From positions 3,854-67,853 of IMG/VR virus record IMGVR_UViG_2799113103_000001: DNA of 64,000 bases; one strand, given 5' to 3'. Made by a program: the position numbers and the translations under genes. The stretch is from a virus. Each line of letters starts with the position of its first letter. Within the stretch, counting starts at the first letter, position 1. Shown here piece after piece: positions 45,158 to 55,283 of the stretch. The notes under the pieces were generated by a model. It saw nothing but the letters and a program-made list of their open reading frames with translations, was not told the DNA's origin and made no database searches.

Positions 45158-45517
45158 TCATGTGCGGGTTTGAATACGCCGTAGCGCCACTATCAGCTTG
45201 ACGAGCGCGTAGCCCAGCCCGACGTATAGGACGCCGCGTACCTGACCCCGCCACGGGTAGTCCTGTCCCCACCAAACGGAGACCGAATTCTGTGTGAGCA
45301 CTAGCGACAACGCGAGGTAGATGCTCACCGTAACCCGCCCGAGGGGCCTCACCCACCAGGCCGACCGAAGCACGTACAGGAGGGTGAACATCCAAGAGAA
45401 CGTCGCCGCCACCGTGAGCGCGACATCGGCCACGGTCTCTGGGTTCAGCCAGATCGTCGGTACGAAGGCCAACGCCGCGACCATCGCCGCGTGCCGTAGG
45501 CGTACCGGATTCCTCAT
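45158..45517 (-). CDS. membrane protein about 119 aa
   Basis: TM segments. Confidence 0.4.
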   Translation of the reverse strand: MRNPVRLRHAAMVAALAFVPTIWLNPETVADVALTVAATFSWMFTLLYVLRSAWWVRPLGRVTVSIYLALSLVLTQNSVSVWWGQDYPWRGQVRGVLYVGLGYALVKLIVALRRIQTRT

Positions 45518-45714
45518 CTTGCCAGCCTCCGTCTCATGGTCCGTTCCCACGCTTCCGCAAACCCGTTGCTCTCCATGAGCATTTCGGCGCGGCGCTCAAT
45601 TTCTGCGGCCTGGTCCAACCGCTGCTGCGCGTCGTGTCGCTGCGCCAGCGCATCCTCCACCCCGGCCTCGTCCGGGCGGAGCCGCTTCCCCCACATCAGG
45701 TTTCGCCATTTCAT
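45514..45714 (-). CDS. hypothetical protein 66 aa
   Basis: ORF track. Confidence 0.35.
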   Translation of the reverse strand: MKWRNLMWGKRLRPDEAGVEDALAQRHDAQQRLDQAAEIERRAEMLMESNGFAEAWERTMRRRLAR

Positions 45715-46034
45715 GGCCGCTCCTGCTGAATAGACTCAATCGCTCTCACCGCGAGCTGCGCCGGGGCCGCGTACTTGTCCACGGCTCCGACCAGATTCTT
45801 GGTCGCTTCGCGGAGGTATTCGATCTCGTCGTCCTTGGAGGCGACGAGCCTGTCCACGGCACCTTTTGGCACCAGACGGTCAGTCATGATCGCCCACACC
45901 ACGGTGATTGCGAGGAAGAGGAACGCCCCGGCGAACATGAAATCGTCAGGGCTATTCAGGAGGGGCGACATCGGCCCGATGGCGAACATGTAATCCTCTC
46001 CGGGGCGGTTGAACAGCCGCCACATCGCCCTCAT
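45711..46034 (-). CDS. membrane protein 107 aa
   Basis: TM FMFAGAFLFLAITVVWAIM. Confidence 0.4.
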   Translation of the reverse strand: MRAMWRLFNRPGEDYMFAIGPMSPLLNSPDDFMFAGAFLFLAITVVWAIMTDRLVPKGAVDRLVASKDDEIEYLREATKNLVGAVDKYAAPAQLAVRAIESIQQERP

Positions 46035-47021
46035 CTACGCGGCCACCAGCGCTTCCAGGCGCTTGGTCGCCACGTCACGCATATGTTGGATGCCGTACTG
46101 CCAGTAAGTCATTCCTGTTCCTGGGCATTCGTTCAGGTGGTAGGTGACGTGCGGGCCGGTACCGCGAGCCACGAACAGGCCGCCGTTCCAGATGGCCTTA
46201 GCCAATGCGGGAATCTCGCGGCCGGGATTGGTGATCAGTTCCAACAGCTGTTCTGGCACAGTGTCTTTGCCGGTCCAGCGGCGGAACACCGCGTTGAAGA
46301 TGGCGCGTTCCATTTCGCCGACATCGCCGTCCGGGCAGGTGGTGTACAGGTCGCCGCGCTGCGCCAGGTTGATGCAGTACGACTCCTCGGCGAGTTCCAA
46401 CTGCGGGTCGATGCCGTGTCCGCCGGGGTCGGTGTTGCCCGCGTAGGCCCCGGAGGGCCGCATTGGATTGCCCCAACTGGCAGCCGCGATGAAGTCCTTG
46501 TACCGGGGGTGGGGGTCGCCAGCGCGGAGCCGGTTACGGATGCGTCCGCCGACGATGCTGCCCTGGCTGTAGTCGAACATCGCGAACGGGCCGGGGCAGA
46601 TGCTCCGGTCATTGATGAGGCGGAATAGCTCCGCCTCGCCATCGTTCACCGAACCGTCCATGGGTACGGCAGTCGCCGGGTAGTTTCCGACCGGCTGCCA
46701 CCAGAACAGGTCCAGGCATTCCCGCGCGGCGTCCGCCGGCAGGCCGATACCGAACGGGTCGGCCTGCCCTGTCCCGTGGATAGAGAACAAGGTCGGGAAG
46801 ATGCCGAGGCGGTGCAGGTCTGCATCGGTGACCACACCCGTCTGGGGTTGCCTGGTGCGGCTCTGGTATTCGCGCTGCACCTTGTCGTCGTCGTAGCCGA
46901 AGTACGAGTCCACCTTCAACGTGCTGCCGTCCGCCGCGAGCGCATATCCCCGGTATCGGTTGACCATCGTCTTCTGCCAGGCCGCAGTGACGAGGCCGTT
47001 CGATCCGACCTTGAGTGGCAT
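46035..47021 (-). CDS. lysB: lysin B, cutinase-like mycolylarabinogalactan esterase (GYSQGS catalytic motif)
   Basis: G-x-S-x-G; N-terminal peptidoglycan-binding-like segment. Confidence 0.65.
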   Translation of the reverse strand: MPLKVGSNGLVTAAWQKTMVNRYRGYALAADGSTLKVDSYFGYDDDKVQREYQSRTRQPQTGVVTDADLHRLGIFPTLFSIHGTGQADPFGIGLPADAARECLDLFWWQPVGNYPATAVPMDGSVNDGEAELFRLINDRSICPGPFAMFDYSQGSIVGGRIRNRLRAGDPHPRYKDFIAAASWGNPMRPSGAYAGNTDPGGHGIDPQLELAEESYCINLAQRGDLYTTCPDGDVGEMERAIFNAVFRRWTGKDTVPEQLLELITNPGREIPALAKAIWNGGLFVARGTGPHVTYHLNECPGTGMTYWQYGIQHMRDVATKRLEALVAA

Positions 47022-47410
47022 CAGTTGCCCGGCAAGATCTGGTCGAGTGCCTGCTTCGCCAGCGGGCCGACACCGGGAACGCTGCCGAACGCGTCACTGG
47101 CTACCTTCTTCACGCGGTCGAGGTCAGCCTGCGCTTGCGCAGCTGTGTCGATCAGGACCGGGATACCGTTGAGGACTTGATCCACGGGTGAGGCAGCCGG
47201 GTCGTGGATTCCTTTCTTGAGCTGCTTGCCCAAGATGACGCCCGCCGTGCCGGAACCGACAGCGCCGATCAGGGTGCCGAGGGTGACCACGAGGTTGTTC
47301 CATTGGCCCCCTTGGTCGGTGCTCAGGACACCGAGCGCGATCAGGATTGGCACCACCGCGCCAACCAGGCCGGAGAACAGGTAGTAGTACTGGCGAATTT
47401 TGTCGGTCAT
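47021..47410 (-). CDS. holin, 2 TM (YYYLFSGLVGAVVPILIALGVL; LVVTLGTLIGAVGSGTAGVILG)
   Basis: TM topology; between lysA and lysB; ATGA overlap with lysA. Confidence 0.55.
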   Translation of the reverse strand: MTDKIRQYYYLFSGLVGAVVPILIALGVLSTDQGGQWNNLVVTLGTLIGAVGSGTAGVILGKQLKKGIHDPAASPVDQVLNGIPVLIDTAAQAQADLDRVKKVASDAFGSVPGVGPLAKQALDQILPGN

Positions 47411-48879
47411 GACGAAGCTCCGTTCTGCGAGATAAACGCGTGTAGTAGTTCGGGATTCGTTGACTCCAGGTAGGCAAGGCCCTCCTGGAGGTAGTCGGCA
47501 GGAACCTTCTTCAACATCCGCTTGGCGTTGGCGATGAACTCGGGCGAAGTGTTCGCGCCGAGCCCCGCTGCCGAGCGGACAAGGCGCCGAATGGAATCCA
47601 GATCGCCGACCTGAACGGCCTTCCACTCGGTGTACAGCTCGTGCAACATCAGGTCCTTGTTGCGGTCGATCCGGCACCAGGTGCCGATGTTCCCTTCGCC
47701 GGGGTCGCGATACCCGGAGAGGGATTCGTGTTCCTGGGTCTGCTCCCGGAATACGCGATCCCATTGGTCTTGTGGCACTTGGGCCATGTCGTCTCCTTCC
47801 TGGATGAGTTCGAGTAACCGGTCACCCAACGCGATTGCGCGGTTGTACCGGGTTTGGCGATCGGGCAGGCCGTTGTAGCCGCCGTTGATGAGGTAGGTGA
47901 CGCCGTTGAGATCGGCTCGGTCGCAGAGGGTGTTGATGTTGGCCCGGGCCACGGTCCAGTACCAGGCCGGGCCAATACCCGCGTACTGGAGTTCGGCAAG
48001 CTCGCGGGGTCGGTCCACGAAGTAAGTGGGCGTGGGGATGAGGCCATTCTGGAAAGCCCATCGGGAGAATGCCGCGTAGTTCTCGCGCCAGGTGATCTGA
48101 ATCCAGGTGCGCCCGAGGTATTTCCACCGCTCTGTGGCTCCCCCGTCGCCCTTCTCGTACTCTTCTGTGGCGTTGAAGTTGTCTGACTCATGGCCTATCT
48201 GAGCGAGCCACATTGCGATGCGGCGGGGACTCACGCATTCGCTCAGGCGTAGGCCCTCGGCCACCTGCGGCAGGATCTCCGCCGCTCTGGCGATAGGCAG
48301 GCCGGTGGCCTCGGCCAATACCTGAGCGTTCCAGCTGCCGTCAGTGGTTCCCCGTTTGTACGTCGAGAAGCCGTCAGCGCGAATGAACTTCGCTATGAAC
48401 TCGCGGCAGAGGTCTTGGTTGGCGTAGGTTCCGTACCCCATCTGGAAGTGCATGCTGTCCTTGGGGGTGGACCAGTCGTTGCCCCAAAACACGAGCTGCA
48501 CACCCTTGTAGGTGTAGAACTTGAGCAGGTCACGTATCGCGGGTACTTGGTCGCCGTGGATCAGGCTGGAGCCCTTCCACCCGGCGGCTGGGTCGCTGGC
48601 CTCCGGCCCCATGGGGTGATCGGTCCAGTTGTAGTCAAAGGCTGTTCCGCCCAGGTGGTTTGACGTGGCGACGCTGTTGGTGGGTGTCCATCCGCCTTCG
48701 TCTGTTCCACCTCGCGCGTTGTATACGGATTCGATACGGGCGTTGAGGTCTGCGGCGAACGTCTTCAAGATGACGTTTGGGATACCTCGTTGGAGCGGGA
48801 TTCCTACATCTGTTCCGGGGATGGGGTTGGTGTCGCATTCCGCGATACTGCATGAGGGCCAACCGTTTTCGGTGATCAT
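47407..48879 (-). CDS. lysA: lysin A: N-terminal M15/VanY-like peptidase motifs (SNHLGGTAFD, DSMHF), central GH19-like glycosidase (IGHESDNF..GRTWIQITWRENY), C-terminal cell-wall-binding region
   Basis: domain motifs. Confidence 0.65.
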   Translation of the reverse strand: MITENGWPSCSIAECDTNPIPGTDVGIPLQRGIPNVILKTFAADLNARIESVYNARGGTDEGGWTPTNSVATSNHLGGTAFDYNWTDHPMGPEASDPAAGWKGSSLIHGDQVPAIRDLLKFYTYKGVQLVFWGNDWSTPKDSMHFQMGYGTYANQDLCREFIAKFIRADGFSTYKRGTTDGSWNAQVLAEATGLPIARAAEILPQVAEGLRLSECVSPRRIAMWLAQIGHESDNFNATEEYEKGDGGATERWKYLGRTWIQITWRENYAAFSRWAFQNGLIPTPTYFVDRPRELAELQYAGIGPAWYWTVARANINTLCDRADLNGVTYLINGGYNGLPDRQTRYNRAIALGDRLLELIQEGDDMAQVPQDQWDRVFREQTQEHESLSGYRDPGEGNIGTWCRIDRNKDLMLHELYTEWKAVQVGDLDSIRRLVRSAAGLGANTSPEFIANAKRMLKKVPADYLQEGLAYLESTNPELLHAFISQNGASS

Positions 48880-49013
48880 TAGTAGTTCGCTTCCATGTCG
48901 TGCTTGGATTCGTACACGAAAAGCGCGACACCCAGCGCCACGCCTAGGAGGGCGCCGATAGCGACGCCTCCGGCTATCACGAGCACCTTGGAAGGGTTCG
49001 GGGTGCCTATCAT
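48879..49013 (-). CDS. small TM protein about 44 aa upstream of lysA (MIGTPNPSKVLVIAGGVAIGALLGVALGVALFVY)
   Basis: single TM helix. Confidence 0.35.
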   Translation of the reverse strand: MIGTPNPSKVLVIAGGVAIGALLGVALGVALFVYESKHDMEANY

Positions 49014-49030
49014 GTTGTTCTCCAGTCGTT

Positions 49031-49228
49031 TTAGGGGAGACGCCACAGGACTAGGGCGCTGAACAGGACCGCACGGCGGTGGGGCCACTTCGCGGCGTTT
49101 CCGGCCCGGCAGGGGTGATCAACAACGGGCCGCTCGCAGATCGGGCAGCGGTCCTCGGGGTGGCCTTCATTGAAGGCGGGTAGATCGGTTCCGTACTCGT
49201 CGCAGAGGGCGAGTACTTCCCGGATCAC
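49031..49228 (-). CDS. hypothetical protein 65 aa (CPICERP..C)
   Basis: ORF track. Confidence 0.35.
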   Translation of the reverse strand: MIREVLALCDEYGTDLPAFNEGHPEDRCPICERPVVDHPCRAGNAAKWPHRRAVLFSALVLWRLP

Positions 49229-49575
49229 GTTCCTGCGCGTTGTATCTCGTTGGAGACGAACAGGTCTCCGTTCTTGATGGGGCGGATATCGACCAAGGTC
49301 CGAATGTCGAATACCAGGGGATGCTCGGGTTGCGACATTCCCACCGGGGCGCCGCCTACCGGCTCCATCCAGTAGGTGAAGAACGGGTACCGGCCTGCGG
49401 GGGCATGGACGACTGCCGAACCCTCTATGGTGCCGCCAGGGGTTGGCTGCCAGCTGATCTGGCCGCGCTGGTAGTCCGGGTGTAACGGTTCACGCCCGTC
49501 CTCCAGGGCCAACCCGATATACACCGGCCAGACAACGATCTGGAGCAGGCCATCGGCTTTCGATGGGGCGGTCAC
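49225..49575 (-). CDS. minor tail/structural protein 116 aa
   Basis: position; ATGA coupling. Confidence 0.35.
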   Translation of the reverse strand: MTAPSKADGLLQIVVWPVYIGLALEDGREPLHPDYQRGQISWQPTPGGTIEGSAVVHAPAGRYPFFTYWMEPVGGAPVGMSQPEHPLVFDIRTLVDIRPIKNGDLFVSNEIQRAGT

Positions 49576-49922
49576 GCCACGCCCAGCGAGGGCGTGAGTA
49601 CCAGGTTTCCGGCGGTGGAAAAGATGGCTTGGGTGACGGCGCAGTTGTCGATCATGTTGGCGGCACCGACCGCCGATGCAGACGCCAAGATGGCGTAGTT
49701 GATGGTGGATGCAGGGACCGGGATGGTTACCGCTGAGCCGGTTACCGCGCCGCCGGACCCGGATGTCCAGGTGGTTTGGGCGCGTGCGTAGCCGCCGCCG
49801 GTCGATTCATTCGCGGGTGTTTGCGAGGTTCCCGGTGATGCGGTTGCCGAGCCGATCCAGTTGCCGAGGGCTTTCCACGCGTCGGCGAGTGATTGGCGCG
49901 TCTGGGGTACTTGTATTGCCAC
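49572..49922 (-). CDS. minor tail protein 116 aa (Ser/Thr/Gly-rich)
   Basis: composition; position. Confidence 0.4.
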   Translation of the reverse strand: MAIQVPQTRQSLADAWKALGNWIGSATASPGTSQTPANESTGGGYARAQTTWTSGSGGAVTGSAVTIPVPASTINYAILASASAVGAANMIDNCAVTQAIFSTAGNLVLTPSLGVA

Positions 49923-49940
49923 GTGGGTTGCCTCCGTTGT

Positions 49941-51095
49941 CTATTGGTATGCGCGGCACCAGGCTTGGCCGTTGCCGCCTAGTCCGCCTTGGGTGCGTGA
50001 GCCGAAGATTCCGCCGTTGCCGCCCGCGCCCCCGGCGCCGGGCTGGGCTCCAGCTCCTGCGTTGCCTGTTCCGCCGTTGCCGCCCGTGTAGCCGACCCCT
50101 TGAAAGGTGAAGTTGCCTGGGCTGCCGCCGTTCTGGCCGGACTGGGTGCCGCTTCCGCCTGTTGCGGTGACGGTGACGGTTTGGCCCGCAAGGTTCTGGT
50201 AGGTCAGTACGGTGTTGGCGCCTGCGGTGGGACCGGCGTTGTCGCTGTTGGCGGGCCGCGCCCCGCCTGCCCCGACATTGATGGTTAGTGTGGTTGCGGT
50301 CCAGGGGATATCGACGCCGCGCTCCAACCGCACGCCTTGCCACTGGCCCGGGTTGCCTCCCTTACCGGCGGTGTTGACTGCGCCGTTGCCTGTTTGGCCG
50401 GATGCCCCACCGCTGATGAAGACGACATCTATGTAGCGACACCAGTAGGGGATGTTGTAGGTGGCGGAGCCGGTGCTGCTGAATGTCTGTGTGGCCGGAG
50501 ACATTGCGGGGAATGCTGCGGAACAGGCCATTGTCCCGACGCCTGCGAGAGGGGCGCTGAGTTGGTATTTCTGGGCGACTTGGGCAGCGAGTGTGCCTAC
50601 CCCGGTGAGGGCTGCTCCGAGGGCGTACGCCTGTGACATCTGCGCGGCCATCGTGCCAGTCGCCGTGGCTCCTGCCGGCCGGAGGAACTGTTGGAGCAGC
50701 TGCACGGTGAGCGTGCCCGCAGCGGCGAGCTGCGCGCTGCGGTCGAGCCGGACCCTTGCATCGGCGGACATGGTTCCGGCACCGGACATATCGGCTTGTC
50801 GTGTGTAGGTCTGCCGGATATCAGCTGTGAGGGCGCCCGCGCCCGCGAACTGAGCGGTGAGGCTGTATATCTGGGAGACTCCGGCAGACAAGTTGCCCGC
50901 GCCCGCCATATCGGCGCCGATTGTGTACACCTGCCCGACCTGGGCGGCCATCTGGCCTTCGGCGTGGAACGTCCCTAGCCGCTCGGGTATCCAGAACCAG
51001 CTCTGGGACGCTTTCGGCGGGTCGATGGGTGGGTCCTTCCACCAACTCCGCTGCGGGTCTGGGGGTTCCGCTGGCGGATTGGGGGACCAGGGCAT
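49941..51095 (-). CDS. glycine-rich minor tail protein 384 aa
   Basis: GGNGGTGNAGAGAQPGAGGAGGNGG repeats. Confidence 0.55.
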   Translation of the reverse strand: MPWSPNPPAEPPDPQRSWWKDPPIDPPKASQSWFWIPERLGTFHAEGQMAAQVGQVYTIGADMAGAGNLSAGVSQIYSLTAQFAGAGALTADIRQTYTRQADMSGAGTMSADARVRLDRSAQLAAAGTLTVQLLQQFLRPAGATATGTMAAQMSQAYALGAALTGVGTLAAQVAQKYQLSAPLAGVGTMACSAAFPAMSPATQTFSSTGSATYNIPYWCRYIDVVFISGGASGQTGNGAVNTAGKGGNPGQWQGVRLERGVDIPWTATTLTINVGAGGARPANSDNAGPTAGANTVLTYQNLAGQTVTVTATGGSGTQSGQNGGSPGNFTFQGVGYTGGNGGTGNAGAGAQPGAGGAGGNGGIFGSRTQGGLGGNGQAWCRAYQ

Positions 51096-51302
51096 CTATT
51101 CCTCGGCAACGGGGGTGGGGTCGAGGAATTCGAGATACTCCTCGACGCTGCCTTGAACTGTCAGTGTGTATGGACCCGCGAATACCAATTCGACGCCGCC
51201 CGAGTCGTTGCGCATGCTCAGGTTCAGTGGCTTGAACCACACGTCCGACCCATCAAGGCCCTTAGCTTTGATAAACCCAAACTTGCCCTGCTCGAAAGTC
51301 AT
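51096..51302 (-). CDS. small tail-associated protein about 68 aa
   Basis: internal ATG. Confidence 0.3.
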   Translation of the reverse strand: MTFEQGKFGFIKAKGLDGSDVWFKPLNLSMRNDSGGVELVFAGPYTLTVQGSVEEYLEFLDPTPVAEE

Positions 51303-51312
51303 TGTTGCCCCT

Positions 51313-53877
51313 TTAGATTTGGCTGCGGTTGAGCAAGGCCAGAGACAGATAGGTCGCGGTACCGGCCGAATCTCCGGTGACTTGCCGAGTGCTCGCATTG
51401 GACCCGAGGACTTGACCGCCGCGCACAACGCCCCCGGCGTTGAGGTAAATGACAAATGAGTCCGACAATGACAGGACGGGAATGGTCAAGTCTACGCTGC
51501 CGTCGCTGGAGTTTGACCGCGAATACTGCTGTGGTAAACCAATTTTCGATGGTGTTGTGGTGCTATTGACGAAGATCGCCGGGTTCGCCTGTCCTGAGCT
51601 ATTGGTCGAGTTCGTGAAGATATTCGACTTGGTGGATAGCTTCGCCAGATACCATCCGCTCAGCGATACCGTCATGGTGCCGTTGGTCAAGTTGCATGCG
51701 ATGTCGGGGGTCGCGGACTGAACCACCGAGTAGAAGCTGTTCGGCAACACCGTTGTGCCGGTTGCGATTGTGACGTTTGTCGCGCTGGTGCGTGCCATGG
51801 TGGCGCCGGAGCCCAGATATACGGGATCGACATAGTCCGACAAGGTGATCGCCGCGACCCGGAAGCTGTCGTAGGTGGTGGTGCCTTGGAACCACCCGTT
51901 GCTCACGGTGGCGCGTTGCATGACGAAACCGCCACCGTATCGGGTGCTGGCGCCGAACGTCACCGCAGAAGAGGTGACCGAGAGGACCGTGTTGCCATTG
52001 ACGGCCAGCGTCCATGTCGTGCCGACGTTGTGTACCTCCACCAGGGAGCCTTGCCCCAGGGCCCCCGACCAGGTACCACCGGAGAACGCCGTGAATGTGA
52101 TGCTGGCGCCTGATCGGGTGTAGCTACCGATGGTGGCGCTAGCGTTGTCGATCTTGAGGCACGCACCCGCCGTGTATCCCGAATCTGAGTGGAACAGATG
52201 GTATTCCGGCGCGTTGAGTGATCCGCCTTGATCGCCCAACACCACCGCGAGACTCTGATCATCGGTGCTGTACTGCTTGTTGCAGGTGACAACATACGTG
52301 CCGTCTGGCTTGGAAGCGGCGATACCGGCGTAGCCGTTGTTGCCACGCACTTTCAGATCCGAGCCGGTGAACACGGCGGGAAGTGCGGCACCATCGGCGC
52401 CGCCGAAGACCGTCGTGTAGTTGAGGCCACCCCCGGCTGCATTCTGCTGCCCCTGCGATTTCGCGAGCTGCGCGTTGGCCGCCGCTGCGGCGGCCCCCGC
52501 TTGGTCCGCGATCTGCTTGACCCCGATGAGGCTGTTCATGACCGCCACCAGATCGAAGCCGCTGCCGTTCTGCCCGGTCGCCGCGTTGACGATGCCGTCC
52601 TTGAGCGATCCGATGCCCGTTGCTGCTTCGCTGATCAGTCCCGTGATCGCAGAACCGGCCAGCTGCCCTGAGCTGTTGAGCCCCTGAGTCTTGTTGTTGT
52701 TGCCCGTGAACCAGTCTTTGACTGACTGGATTGTCGAGTTGATCGGCGTGACAACAAGACCCGCGAAGATGTCACGGATTTGGTTGAGCTGGGCATTCAG
52801 GTCGGGTAGGTCAGTAACCTTGTTCTGTGGCAGAAGCGGGATGTTGCCGAGGCCAAGGAGTCCGAGGACCTCTGCGGCGTCGATCTTGCCGTCCGCGCCT
52901 ATCGCTTGGAGGCGGCCTGTGATGTCAGAGATTTCGGCATTGATCTTCCCGCCGACAGTGTCGAAGAACTCCTTGAAGCGGTCCAGCCCAACCTTTTCAG
53001 CGAGCTGGTTGAAGGCCTCGCCTATATCGTCGGTGAACTGCTGCAGCTGCCCGACGAGGTCTTGCACGTAGTCCAGCGGTAGCTTGCCGACCTTGATGGC
53101 GTTCGCGTCATCGAACCAGACGAGACCGGCTGTGGCGTCTGCTGTTACCTGCAGGCTGACCCGAATGGCGTCCACGCCTGCTGGTACCGGGAAGGAGCCA
53201 GTGAGGTGTTCCCAAGTTGTTGAGTCGGCGGTGGACGGCTGGAACGAGGCTATGACGGTTCGGACGGGTTGTCCGCCGGACATCACTGGGGCGCCGTTCA
53301 GGTAGTGCGAGGCGATGAGCCGTATCGGGTTGGTTCCGGCTGGCGCGGAGAAGCTGGACCACTGCGCCCACGACTCCAGCGTCATCTTCTGCCCCGCGAC
53401 TACCGGGATGTCGTTGGAGTGCAGGATCTTCATGACACCGGAGACGACGGTCTTCACTGAGCCGAGCGGCCCGGAGCGCCCTACCGTGCCGTCCCATGAC
53501 CAATCGGGGTTGTCTTGAAGGGTTTTCGCGTCATCGAAACCGCCGTTGAGTATCAGGTTCGGGAACCACTCCCCGATCTGTGACAGCGGAATCAGCGGCA
53601 GGAGGCCCGGCTTGATCCACGACAGCACGTTCGAGAGGGAGTTCTGGAAGTCCTCCAGCCAGCCCACGATCTCCGGTATCGGGTTGGCCGCGATGCCGAG
53701 GAGGGTGTCGATGAGCCGTTTGAGTTCGGCCTGGACCTTCTCGTTGAGCTGCGCGATGGCCTTGCCGACATCCTTGACGTTCTTGCCCAACACTGAGGCT
53801 GGGTCCTGCGCAAGCTGATTGGTGGGGTCGTAGTCGGCCTTGAATCCCTGTGGGACTAGATCGACCGCGCGGGGCAT
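51313..53877 (-). CDS. minor tail protein 854 aa
   Basis: size; position after the tape measure block. Confidence 0.55.
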   Translation of the reverse strand: MPRAVDLVPQGFKADYDPTNQLAQDPASVLGKNVKDVGKAIAQLNEKVQAELKRLIDTLLGIAANPIPEIVGWLEDFQNSLSNVLSWIKPGLLPLIPLSQIGEWFPNLILNGGFDDAKTLQDNPDWSWDGTVGRSGPLGSVKTVVSGVMKILHSNDIPVVAGQKMTLESWAQWSSFSAPAGTNPIRLIASHYLNGAPVMSGGQPVRTVIASFQPSTADSTTWEHLTGSFPVPAGVDAIRVSLQVTADATAGLVWFDDANAIKVGKLPLDYVQDLVGQLQQFTDDIGEAFNQLAEKVGLDRFKEFFDTVGGKINAEISDITGRLQAIGADGKIDAAEVLGLLGLGNIPLLPQNKVTDLPDLNAQLNQIRDIFAGLVVTPINSTIQSVKDWFTGNNNKTQGLNSSGQLAGSAITGLISEAATGIGSLKDGIVNAATGQNGSGFDLVAVMNSLIGVKQIADQAGAAAAAANAQLAKSQGQQNAAGGGLNYTTVFGGADGAALPAVFTGSDLKVRGNNGYAGIAASKPDGTYVVTCNKQYSTDDQSLAVVLGDQGGSLNAPEYHLFHSDSGYTAGACLKIDNASATIGSYTRSGASITFTAFSGGTWSGALGQGSLVEVHNVGTTWTLAVNGNTVLSVTSSAVTFGASTRYGGGFVMQRATVSNGWFQGTTTYDSFRVAAITLSDYVDPVYLGSGATMARTSATNVTIATGTTVLPNSFYSVVQSATPDIACNLTNGTMTVSLSGWYLAKLSTKSNIFTNSTNSSGQANPAIFVNSTTTPSKIGLPQQYSRSNSSDGSVDLTIPVLSLSDSFVIYLNAGGVVRGGQVLGSNASTRQVTGDSAGTATYLSLALLNRSQI

Positions 53878-55283
53878 TAGACCGGCGTCACCTGGACGTA
53901 CAGCTGGGCGTTCGCCTTGTTGAACTGGTACGCCCCAGCGAGGCCGTCGTTGTACAGGTTGACGTACAGAGTGCCTTGTACCCCAGTGTGGTTCGCGGGG
54001 ACCAGCGCGTACGAGTTGTCCGGGGTGATCGCGATGGTTGGATCAGCAGTGCTGGAGGCGTGGGGCATCATGTGCGCCCAGGAGGCCGTGTTTCCGAATC
54101 CGCGGGCAATCAGCTGGCCGGAGGTGGGGTGGCCGAGCCTGATCTCGCAGCCGATGATCAGCGGATCGGAGTCCAGCTCCAAGCCGGTGGCCTTGATGTG
54201 CCCAAACACGATTGGCTTCCACGGGAACGGCTGGGCCGGTACCGCGAACGATCCGATGGGTGCGCGGGTGGAGATGCCCTGGTAGTTCGTGAACGCCGCC
54301 TCGGGCACCGTGTAGGGCCGGGGGATGATCGCGCCGATGGACATCGGTCGCCACTTGCCGCCGGGCAGAATGTTCGCGTCGAACGCGAGCACCTGGAGAT
54401 GCGAAGGCGGGGTGGACATGTCCACATCCGGGGACTGCGACAGATTGCCGGCAGGACCCTGCGGGCCGCGCGGCACTGCCAGGTGCGCAATGACCGATGG
54501 AGCGTAGGGGCTGCCCGACTGCGACATGTAGGACTCGACGCCGCCGTCCGGGTCCAGAAGCTCTACACCCCAGGTGATGAGCGGGACCGGCCCCGGCGGG
54601 CCTTCGGTGCCCATCATGATGACGCGGTAGTGATCCCCGAACCACACGTAGGCGCGTGAGCCGATGAGGTTGGTGCCGCCCTGCTGGTTGGTGACCACAT
54701 TCACCGCTGAGGAGGTGCCGCCGGTCGCGGCCCCGGTGATGGGCGGCTGGTTGAGTCCAGCCTTCGTGCCGGTGAAGGTCACCGCGTAGGGGCCGCCCGC
54801 GACACCGGCCACAGCGACATCGCCTGGCGCGATGTTGGCCAGCGCTTCGAGAGCGGCTTGCACAGCGGCGGAGGTAGCGCCTCCCGCGATAGAGGCCGTG
54901 GGTAGCCCGTCGTAGTTCAGGATGAATGACGTTGGGCCGCCGGTAACGGTGACGGTTTGGACCTCGTTGACAACTTCGTACTGGTTGATGACCCAGTACT
55001 TGCCGATGTCGTCATCGGTGTTCGTCAGGTTGGTGGGCAGGTCTTCGGGGTCGTCAATGGTAGAAACCTGCAGCCGCAAGGCGAAAGCGTGCTCACCGGC
55101 AGGGCCTTGCGGTCCGACGAGCGCCGGGATGACCAGCGTTGCTTGGTCGCCCGCAATCTCCATCGTCGCGACATGCCCGTCCGGGGTTTCCCCGTCCCCG
55201 ACCACGGCATAGATGTGCGTCGTGGTGGTGAGCGACTTGAGGTACTGCATCAGGCCAAGCGGCTGAATCACGGGTGCTGACAT
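53877..55283 (-). CDS. minor tail protein about 468 aa
   Basis: position; ATGA coupling. Confidence 0.5.
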   Translation of the reverse strand: MSAPVIQPLGLMQYLKSLTTTTHIYAVVGDGETPDGHVATMEIAGDQATLVIPALVGPQGPAGEHAFALRLQVSTIDDPEDLPTNLTNTDDDIGKYWVINQYEVVNEVQTVTVTGGPTSFILNYDGLPTASIAGGATSAAVQAALEALANIAPGDVAVAGVAGGPYAVTFTGTKAGLNQPPITGAATGGTSSAVNVVTNQQGGTNLIGSRAYVWFGDHYRVIMMGTEGPPGPVPLITWGVELLDPDGGVESYMSQSGSPYAPSVIAHLAVPRGPQGPAGNLSQSPDVDMSTPPSHLQVLAFDANILPGGKWRPMSIGAIIPRPYTVPEAAFTNYQGISTRAPIGSFAVPAQPFPWKPIVFGHIKATGLELDSDPLIIGCEIRLGHPTSGQLIARGFGNTASWAHMMPHASSTADPTIAITPDNSYALVPANHTGVQGTLYVNLYNDGLAGAYQFNKANAQLYVQVTPV

